A stretch of DNA of 63,757 bases, counting the filler, from Syncephalis fuscata S228 (Eukaryota; Fungi; Zoopagomycota): NCBI GenBank assembly GCA_025786725.1. It is 4 parts of 4 records of this genome, joined end to end, with 100 filler letters (N's around TTAATTAATTAA, not from the genome) between each part and the next. Parts side by side here need not be neighbours in the genome. Positions count along the whole stretch, not along the records: positions 43,980 to 55,301 come from JAHLTZ010000284.1; positions 55,402 to 63,757 come from JAHLTZ010000319.1; 2 more parts are not named here. One strand, written 5' to 3'. The position numbers and the translations under genes were made by a program. This document shows, piece by piece, positions 53,226 through 63,757 of the stretch. Below the pieces are notes generated by a model. It did not search any database. It saw only the letters and a program-made list of their open reading frames with translations, and was not told where the DNA came from. Each line of letters begins with the position of its first letter. Within the stretch, counting starts at the first letter, position 1.

Positions 53226-55301
53226 AGCGGTATTCCACCATCTCACCGTTTTGCCAGTTCACCGTCCTGCCACTACCATTCTGCCATTCCGCCATTCTGC
53301 CTTGACAGTCTCTGACTATCGACTATCAGTCTACATTTAAAGCATTTGCCGTTTGAAGCTACAGGTAAGCATTGTTATGTTTTATTAAATATGTATTATT
53401 GTGCGGACAAAGACGGTGTAGCACAAATAGCCATGTACGCTTTTATAATCGGCTGTTTACTATGGTAAGACAACTGGCGCTGCTATGTAATAAATACTTG
53501 CTTATTTTTACTTCAAACTACTTACCATTTAATCAACTGTTATTTTTACATAGATATTTAGGTATGCAGTGTTAGTGTTGCTGTTTGCATTCATGCACTG
53601 TGTTTTGTTTTCAAATAATACTAGCTTTTAACAAGATCACAAGCCTTCTTCCTTGCCGTGTTATAATATGGAATAATATAGATTCAAATGAATGGTCAAA
53701 TAAAGTGTAAAATAATGGCAATAAAGGTATAGTATGCGTATTGCACAAGCAATCAAGTAAAATATACAAACAATACGGCGAGTAACAAATAAACGAGTTT
53801 TATCAATAAGACATGATGAGTATAGTTTAGAATAGAATCAATGGATAAAATAATAGTGAAGATATACATAGACGATTAAGTAAGTACAATAAATTGAACC
53901 TATAGCAATAAAGCTAGCGGCAATAAAATACCTGCTGTAAATGGGTTGTGCTTATTATATGATCGATCGATATATGACTTAATAAATACAGAATAGTAAT
54001 GATATGGGTGGATAGAAGGCATATGCATACTAAATACTAAATCTATAATGACGAGTATTTTAATGGCTAATGCCATCCACCACACAGTTTCATGCCCAAT
54101 AGATTGGATGTTGTTAAATTTAGCCATTTATCTTTCAAATCATACTAGATCATCAGCAAATTGTTTAATATTATTATACTAGGCTTAACACAATCAAACC
54201 AATCAAACGAACCACTATTGCTATTATTAAAATGACCAGTGTGGGTGTAGCTTTATAGAATGTAACTATTTTTAGTATACTAGCAGTATAGTACAATTCA
54301 AATAATTGAATGGCATAACAAAGCTACTAGACACTATACTAATGTTGATTTATAGCATATTTATTTAGTTAAAGGATGCTAAATGTTAAAGCGTTTATAA
54401 AAAAGTAGCTGTATTTGCTACTACCTATAATCAGGTTAGGCATGGCATTACAATGGGAATCAGCACTATGATATAAGCATCATGTCAAATAGTTGACCTC
54501 CATATACACACACATTCAACGATACAAGAAGGCAACAGCAATGGCAATGTATATAGCGAGTATAAGTACGACAACCACCGCTCGTTATAGTTGCAATGTT
54601 GGTGGTAATATTCAACTGACATCAGCGGCGATCAATGTCAATACACGCCAGCAAGCTGCACATATTAGCTACTGTATTAATAAGCAGTATAGTTAAGCAA
54701 CATACAGCAGCATACAGCAGCATACAGCTGTTGAAACGCATGTTAGTACGCATGCAACACCAGCGATTGATTCTATGCTATAATTACAAAATAAATAGTA
54801 GCGTCATTATGGTTGATTGTAATCAAAATACGTGCCGACGGCCAATATATATTAAATATTGTTAATATTTAATGCTAATATTGCCATTTCTATTTGTGGT
54901 GCCTTTTCACGATTTTTCCAACATATGTCAGTTATATGCGCCAATGCGTCAACGCCATGCGGTTATAGTAGATGCTATTACGTATTTCTAGCTGTATGAT
55001 TGATAGAATCAAGAATTGGTAAAGTTAATTAATAAAGGCTATAATAGTCCTTTTTTTGTTATTTTGACAATAAAAGCCCACACAAATACTAATTAAAAAA
55101 TGTATCGATTGCTTAATAGATAGCCAATTGCAACTTGACAGTATCAATCCCTGTAGCCATAATTGACCGTTAACAATTGCCGTCGATTTGCTAGTTATGT
55201 CGGCCAACCAACAGCGTCGGTGACATGATATAATTAATAAATATATTAATGATTGGTATTGCATATAGCTACAGTATGTGTGTAATAGCACAATAGCACG
55301 C

Positions 55302-55401
55302 NNNNNNNNNNNNNNNNNNNNNNNNNNNNNNNNNNNNNNNNNNNNTTAATTAATTAANNNNNNNNNNNNNNNNNNNNNNNNNNNNNNNNNNNNNNNNNNN
55401 N
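55302..55401. other. Assembly gap
   Basis: N run with TTAATTAATTAA. Confidence 0.99.
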
Positions 55402-56213
55402 TCGGGAACGAGGCATTACACATATTATTCATGCTTGTGACTCGGATGGACGGCCCTTACCCTCCTCTCTTACTACTATGCACAGCTACACACTAGTGAC
55501 AATATTATAAACAATACTGCATGCCTTTGTTGTCTGATGGAGGCCCAGTAATTGAATTAAAGACTATCGACATTTATGATCGAGGCCGTCATTCGTTGGC
55601 TGCCTTTTCTGATGCATCACAATTCTGCCGACTAGCATGGGCCAATGGCAGCAATGTGCTTATTTACTGCTTAACCGGCATTGACGCAAGCCCCGTCATT
55701 GCTGTAGCCATTGTTATGGAAATGACGGGTATGGCTTGTGTTGATGCTATGCACTGGGTTCAAATGCGTCGACGATGTACCAATATTCGAGGTGTCTATC
55801 TTCGCTTACTAGAGGCAAGTTATTCAATACGTACACACACACACATATATATATATATAGGAACAACACTAATATATTTATATACAGGAATATGAACCTG
55901 TATTATATGCACAACAAACAGCAATGAATGAAACAGCATTAACTATCGATCCATCATTGCATGGGTCACTACAACAACAATCATCAAAACGGTAAGTTGT
56001 TGTCAATAAGCTTGTATTTTGTTTATATTTGCATTAATGCCATACTGAAGTAGTCTAAGAGACCATAATAATGACCATGAAGACGATGAAACAATGGGTC
56101 ACAGCCATCGAAAGAATCTCTTACTTGATTCTACTGCTACTGATTCTAATGCAAACTCGGCCTCGCCTATTACTATTTGTACACTTCCTATTAACTGGTC
56201 AGGTCCAAATTAG
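55402..56213 (+). CDS. C-terminal part of a dual-specificity phosphatase-fold protein with a degenerate P-loop
   Basis: RGITHIIHA, VLIYCLTGIDASPVIAVAIVM..DAMHWVQMRRRC..YLRLLEEYE. There is a GC-AG intron at ~55815-55887 and a stop at 56211-56213. Confidence 0.75.
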
Positions 56214-56616
56214 CTTTTTGTTTCATTTATCCAATATGAGTGCTACTATACTAATATATATATATATATATACATTATTACCAATAATTCTTTATTCCAT
56301 TACTGTTATTACTAACTATACGTCATGATTTTTATATAAATGACGTAGATATGAATGCTCACGCTGTCTATAGTCATATGATCGGTGTAAATAGGCGGCG
56401 TGTTGACCACATGCCATAACTGCACCCCACCCTCCCCTTTGCTTTTATAAACAGGCTAATACATTGTAGGGATGTATGTGTGTGTATGTGTACACGGAGT
56501 GGTACATTTACATATTTCATATTCTATTCGTTCAACCATCTGCACACACCAAACACACATCCCAGCAGGTACTTACACAATAAAAACAAGAACGACACCA
56601 CAGAAATGTGATGTAT

Positions 56617-56622
56617 ACACAC

Positions 56623-56678
<56 letters not shown>
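56617..56678. repeat. Compound (CA)n(GA)n microsatellite
   Basis: Directly visible. Confidence 0.95.
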
Positions 56679-56679
<1 letters not shown>

Positions 56680-57281
56680 TAAACAAACCATACATTAGCA
56701 ATATTTCTCTTCCTTTCTCTTCCTCTCTATCTCATCCACTCTCACTTCTCCTATTTGGTTTATTTGTCGTCTATACTAACTGGAATAACCAAGACGACAA
56801 AGACCTTTTAAACAACCTTTATTGGTTTGTCGGTTTCATCTTTATTTCTTTTCTTTTCCCCTTATTGCTATTCGACAATTCCAGTCATCCTTTCTATCTG
56901 GGATACGTTGCATACATTGTACCTGTATAGGCCTCGTTTTCATTTCTGTATTGACGCCTTTATATTCATTGCCTTGTCGTTCTATACGCTTATTACTACC
57001 TTGTCTACGCCCCATTGTGCTTCTTACTCTCAATAGTTTGTTGGCTGGCCTAGTATTATTGTGTTTGTTTGGCTGTTGTACGTCATCTCTTCATTGGTTA
57101 CTTACGCATTCTAACTTATTACTCCTATCGCTACTATTATTATCGCTACTATATTATTTCTATATTATTTCTATATTATTATTAGTATATTAGAACGTAT
57201 TAGTGGTCATCTATTTTAGTTTATTTTATTTTATTATTCTTTATACGAGCCACGCTGTGACGTGCTCATTACAACTCCGAT

Positions 57282-60200
57282 ATGTCACATCGGGATCTAA
57301 TTCAATTGCCGTCAGCACGGCATCATGATCTCGACATATTAACTGATACAGATGCATCAATGAGTGAACATAATGACCATGATGACCAAGAATCAATGGC
57401 TGATCTATCAAGTCACGCCGTACAAACCGTATTACCAGATGTTAATGAAGATGAAATACTAGGTTATAGATATGCTGATCCTCAATATTATCAACCATCA
57501 GCCATATCATCAACAACTACAATGACAACAATTACAAAAACACCAATAACATCGCAGGAGTCGGGAACTGGTCATAATCGATCAATGACAGCGGTCGTTA
57601 TATCACCCATTACACCGTCAGTTACAGAAGAATCGGGTATAAAATTGCCGATACCAGGGGCACACGATCTTACACGTAGTCCCTCCAACGTACTTAATAG
57701 TGATGCTTATCGGGATGCTGTAGCAAGATTTCGTAAGTGTATTAATATAATAATAATCATAACAATAATATAGAGTGAGGAGTGAAATGGGAGTGAATGG
57801 GATGGGATGAAAGGTAATTAAATGATGATAGATTTCTATGAACTCTACGTAAAACACGATGATATCATATATATAATTCACACGCCCATGGTTTCGTTTA
57901 TTTAACTTGACAACAGCCATTTCCATGATTCATTTCCCCTTTGATTAATATTACACACACTATATCATTAGAGTCGATTGTTTCCATTTCTACTTGGCCA
58001 CACATCTCTATCGGATATGATTCCCCTTTATTAATACACTTTATATTAATACTATTGAACATCATTGGTATTATTGCTATACTCCCCTGGTTATCATCTA
58101 TTGATTTCCTTTTATTAGGCTATTTTTATATGCATGATTGTATATTGACAGGCCTTGGCTACACTATATATCGTTGATATTGCAGTGTGGTTCAGTCATC
58201 TATAATATATTATTGTTGTAGATACGGCAGACCATTTATAATATACTAACGATTAACTTTACCACTCTTGAATATACTCGCATTTCATTTCATTTTCTAT
58301 CACCTTTTTCATTTTCTTTATTGCTATTAGGTGCCTTTACGGCTACACTTGACGTGGCCGATAAAGTTCAACATCCTATTCGCTCGCCTGGCTTGCGCGC
58401 TTCTAATGCTCAGTGGCGTCGTAGAACAATGTCATTATCGGCAATGGCCGAATCTTTAGCCATGGTCACCGGTGCCAATCCTGTAGTAGGCGGGGGAAAG
58501 GCAGGATTGAATATAAGAGCCGGTGAACGTATGGCCCATGTTATATCTCCACTGGCGGGAAAAAGAATGACCAGTGTACAGGAACAACCAGGAGCAGAAC
58601 CTACTGATACGACAACATCATTACCAAACGATGATTCAAAAGATTTACCACCTACTAATTCAGTAGTAGAAGTGAAAATTAATGAATCTATTGACGATGA
58701 TAATGATGATGAGGTAGAATCAGAAGTGGCTGCAGTGACACAGGCTGCTGCTGCTGCTGGTGGTCGACGTCGTTCTCATGCCGCACCAGATACAACTATG
58801 ACATCATCTACGATCAATAATGGACGTAGATCACGTAGTACAGTAATCGGCGTGGCAGCAACCAAAAGACCACCTTCATCGACGGCCACTAGTCGTAATA
58901 CAGCCACTAGTCGAACAAGACCTTCATCCGTGGCATCTAACCGTTCAACAACAACAACAACCACTTCTGGTCACACCCGTAGTGCTACAACAACTTCACT
59001 ATCACGACGTGCCTCTTTAGTTGGTATGCGTGCTTCTAACAATCATTCGCCTACTACAATGAATCGTGAACCAAGTAGTACACGACGTGGTGGCGTTGCA
59101 GCATCTACAACTACAACAACAACAACAACAGATCGAAAACGGCTGAGTAACAGTTCAAATACTTCAACGGATACCACAGCAAATACTCGTAAAGCAGCAA
59201 CTGAAAGACGTGCCCGTAATGGCACCGCATCTACTGCTGCTTCATCATCAACCGCATCAGCATCAGCAACCGCAGCAGCAGCAACAACAACAGCATCTAC
59301 ACGATCCGCTTCTACTTCAAGTGTCACTCCAGTACGTCGAACAGCCACTAATCGTGCCACTAATGCAAATACCAATACTGGTGGTAGTGCCACTACCGCC
59401 AACACAAGCCGTACGCCAACACTTGGCAATTATTCAGTATCATCGCGAACAACTGCAGTATCTCGTGGCGCCATGCCATCTAATCGGTCAAGATCCAATA
59501 GTAATACAAGCACATCAAGCACAAGTGCCACGGCAATGACGACAACAAAATCATTACCATCAACTACTAGCAGCCATAATCGTAGTGCTAATCATTCACG
59601 TAATACTTCTATTACTAATACGACATCACCAGATACACCTGTTGTTGCCAATGCTTCATCTGAACACGACCATGATATAATGTCTTCAAATCAGCATTAT
59701 CATTATGGGAATGCCATACTTTCATTACCAGCCTCACCGGTACCAACTGATATTTTCCCTAATGAAGCATTGACCATTAATGCTTCAGGATTTCTATCCT
59801 CTGAAATGGATTTATCAACCGCTGTTGAACATGCATTTACAACTGAAGAAGAAGATGGCTGCTGTTGCAAACAATCCAATTGTCCACGTTGGCGTGTATG
59901 GTGTGATAGTATGGCCGCTAGAGATGAAGATTTGCGATTAGCCGCTGGTAAGTGCAATATTAACATTAATATGATTGATAGGATGAACACTAATGTTTAT
60001 GTATAGAAATTGGCCAAACTTTATTGGAAAAACATGATTTGTATGTGGCACAGTCACAAGAAACGATTCATGAATTACGTGAACGGTGTCGACAGGATGA
60101 AGAGCGAGTTGCCGATCTGATCCGTAATCGTGATCGTTGGCAATGTACAGCTGAATCAGCACTACGTGAACGTGATGTGCTTGATGAAGAGCGTATACGA

Positions 60201-63200
60201 TCTGAACAGGTAATTACTTGACTTTTTAATATTGATTACATAATACTGATAACAATTAGACACTACGATCAATGGAAACTGAACAATCACGTTTACGTAA
60301 TGAACTAGTACGGGCCCATTCTGCCGTAGATGATTCTGAAAAACATGCCATCAATGTACGTAAATAGATAATAACCATAATACAATAGTATAATTAACTA
60401 CTAAATTAACCATTAATAGATTGATATATTACAAGCGGAATTAAATGAGGCACGTAATGCAAAACATAGCGCTGAAGCACGTCTACGTCGATGGAAAGTT
60501 CGTCATGGTAACTAACTATACTAACCATAATTAAAATGATATTAATAATACTGTTGATAGAAACACTAAACAATTCATATGATCGTCTAAAACGTGAACA
60601 CCAAGATATTCAAACATCTTATGACACACAAAATCAATCGATGGTTCAACTACGTGATGTTAATGACAAATTACGAGGAGAACTAGAAAAGGTAACAATT
60701 ATTTAATATATTAATAGCCATCTATTAATATCTATTTGTATAGATTGTTCATAAATCTGATCTTGAAGGCGATAGTCCCGAACGCACTCAAATCCTTAAT
60801 ATGGTACAAGATGTCACTACACGTAATGCAGAAATGCAAGCATCTTTAGAAGAATATCGACAACTATTGAATGATTCACGAGAAGAGGCAGCTCGTTTAA
60901 GAGAACAAGTTCTATGTCCTACAACTATTCATCAGCGTAGTAATAGTTATGCCGATAGTGTATTTTTGGATGAAGAAGTAGCATCTGCTGTGGGATCTAG
61001 ACGTGGATCTATTAGTTCAGTTGCTACCAATCCAACACCTACTGCACATGTACCCAGTATAGATGATATCGATTCATTATGTCTATCACCGCCTATACGT
61101 TCCATGTCATGTCAAGGCACCAATAGTACACGTCATCAACAACAACAACAACAACGACAACCAAGTCTACGTCATTGTTATAGTATTGACTTTCCACCGG
61201 CCCCTGTTCAAGCAACACCGACTCGTAGTCCAGAATTAAGACCTGTTTCAGATATACAAGATGGATCTTTAAATAGAACAGGTGCAGTAACGGATGATGA
61301 CCAAGTCTATGTTGGTCGTCTACATCATCGACAACAACAAATGAGATCCCGTCGTGGTGCACGTCGATGGACAGAAATAACACCATTACCGGCAGTAACT
61401 GTTACTGATGCCACTACTGATACTACTGTATCGCCATTATTGTGTATTCGTTGTCAACATTCTAGTGATACAACGGCTATTACAACGAATGAAATGGCTA
61501 CACAGACTGATCCAGTCCTTACTGGTTCTATTACTCGCCGTGTTACTAATCGACCACAATCTATATCGGTGATGACGGATAGTCAACGTCGTCGTCGTCG
61601 TCGTTCGAGTTGTAGTAATAGTCCCGATGGTGGTGACAGTGACGAAGAGGCCAGTAGTTATGATGAATATGATTATTATGGAGATGAAGAAGAGGGTGAA
61701 GCTTTAATGAGACAACGAGAAGCCATTCAACAAAGTGAATTGACTGAATATAATAACAGCAATCCTAATACTAATTATAGTAATAACAACAACAACAATA
61801 ATAATGATAACGATGACGAGAATGATACAGCTCGCTTTAAACGCGAGGTAAGCTGGTGGGATTTGTGGATGTAACAAGCTTTATTATTATTATTACTTTG
61901 CCATTCGAGAGGATATTCTATTTATCAAATGATAATATAACTCGACAACAATGGTATATCATTTATTGAAGCAGTTCTCGTTCGATGGAAATTCATGTAT
62001 ATATATTTATATATATATGTATCTATATATATATATATACGGTGATGTTTATTTTTTAGATGGAGCCGTGTATTATTGTATATATCATTTTTCTCTAGTC
62101 GTTAATACACACAAACACATATACAACGTATATACACACATAGGCATTGACTATAAGGATGATCTATTTATTGGCGTATATATATATATATATATATATA
62201 GATCGTTGTATGTATGTATGTTGCGTGTCTGTATGTATTTTGTATACAGTATAAAACGGCTATGATCTCTTTTACTATAACTATTATTATTACGTATTTT
62301 TCTTTTCTTGATTTAATTTGATTTATTTTGATGGATGTGATGTGATGTGATGTGATTAATAATTGGTTATGAATAATTCACATTATGGGTAATTTGAGAT
62401 TAATATTACAAAATATGATCCATATTATATATTATATTATATTATATATTATATAGATTACTAACTATAGATTTAAATCATTATTTTATTTGTATTAATA
62501 GAAGAAGAAGACGAAGACGAAGAAATCATCGCCTTTACGATTAAATCTATCCCCCAATACAAATGATATGCCTATCAAGTCATTGGCACCTGCTCAACAA
62601 ACAATATTGCTAACACCAAATGAAATAGTGGCATCACCGATTAGTGAACATATTACTCGATTACCGTTAGTTGGCAATTCTCCATTGCCATCACAGGATA
62701 AAATAGTAGAATTTACTACCAATGAACCTACAACGGCAGAACCACGTCAGCCTTTAGTGCGTTTACTCTCTCGTGGTAAATCACCGGCTGTATCGATGGT
62801 GGTTGATTGGGGATCGGCCGATGAACATACATGGACACCGCGTGGATCCATTTACTCACCCAGCTATTCACCGATGCCGACCATCGAGAATGAAGAGCGT
62901 AAATTGACCAATCCTGTAAAGATTGAACGGAAAGGATCGATGGCAGGTCGTATTGAAGCATCAGCCCGTGCATTATGGCTTCGATCAACAGCATCATTGG
63001 CCGATATAACACGCAATAATGAACAGAGTCCTCAGCTTGATCAGGTACCGAATAGTACACAGGTGGCACAAATAGCGGCTGCAAACATTGTTGCTGCCAC
63101 TCAAGATATGACACCAGAGGATATGCTTAGACGGCATTCACTATCTCGTCGTCATTCAACGATCTATTCACTGGCATCGAAGTCATCAAGTCCACGACAT

Positions 63201-63757
63201 TCGATAGCATTATCGGAAGAATGTGCACAAGCTGTGTTGTCACCACCGTTTGTTAACCATGCTATACGCACATCTATTAGTTCAAATCGACCAGCTAGTC
63301 CATTGCAGCATCCAGACAACAGTAAGGGTATTACAGTGGCGATATCCACGTCTACGGAGACTGCTGTGCCTAGTATGCCAGTTAAGAAAATGTCTATGGC
63401 CTCTACTCATCCATTACCACCATTATCGGCACTATCTAATAGTCATACGGCGATAACGGATTCGGCAGCCACGGCAGCCATTCTATCCGCCACGGCTCGA
63501 CCTGGCACCTTCCGACGACGAAGCCGTTTAGTGCCGCCGGTACAACAAAGTACACCGCCATTACGTCAACTGCACGATCGATCAGTTGCGCTTTTACAAC
63601 GATTACAAAAAGCGGAACCACGGGCATTGAATCGACGATTGAAACGTGCCTATGATGCGGAAGAATTGGCCACACTAGCTAGTTCGGTACTTGATGATGT
63701 TATGGATGATGTACATACTCTACCAGATCGATTTACCTGGTTACTCTACCCAAAGAC
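57282..63757 (+). CDS. Large multi-exon protein: Ser/Thr-rich disordered N-terminus, CC1-box-like motif plus coiled coil, further exon from 62502 to the window end
   Basis: Exons at 57282, 58331, 60007, 60260, 60421, 60561, 60744 and 62502 are linked by GT-AG introns. The spliced sequence reads RDEDLRLAA|EIGQTLLEKH, and LLQRLQKAEPRALNRRLKRAYD occurs near the window end. Linkage of the first exon is less certain. Confidence 0.7.

Noticed and set aside
52864-53295. Repetitive His/Pro-rich ORFs (FHRSATTI, LPPP)
   Set aside because: These are translations of the 22-bp minisatellite. The unit is not a multiple of 3 and indels are frequent.

Overview
Intron-rich, AT-rich eukaryotic DNA from an early-diverging fungus. 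Short GTAAGT..CTAAC/T..YAG introns support this; a Zoopagomycota/Syncephalis-like source is my inference only. The scaffold has three 100-nt gaps containing TTAATTAATTAA. Ordinary genes are glycogen debranching enzyme, an OSCA/TMEM63 (CSC1) channel, a UDP-glycosyltransferase, a J-domain protein, an SH3-RasGEF (CDC25-like), SNU66/SART1, two secreted GDA1/CD39 apyrases, an MFS transporter, an ENPP/NPP1, a DSP-like phosphatase and a large coiled-coil protein. The main discovery is at 4820-8557 (-), invisible in the ORF track. What looks like an ~80-bp satellite is a chain of 41 phase-1 spliceosomal introns separating 42 exons, 38 of them only 3 nt long (36 in a row). Spliced by hand, they give an uninterrupted 79-aa secreted pre-pro-peptide with dibasic sites and a proper stop, so there is essentially one intron per codon. 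One intron carries a 352-nt, GC-richer, hairpin-rich foreign segment. Also notable are a ~9.2-kb palindrome capped by telomere-oriented 22-bp repeats, a 472-bp MITE-like element, a RAD26-like gene fragment, and a cluster of extracellular-nucleotide hydrolases.
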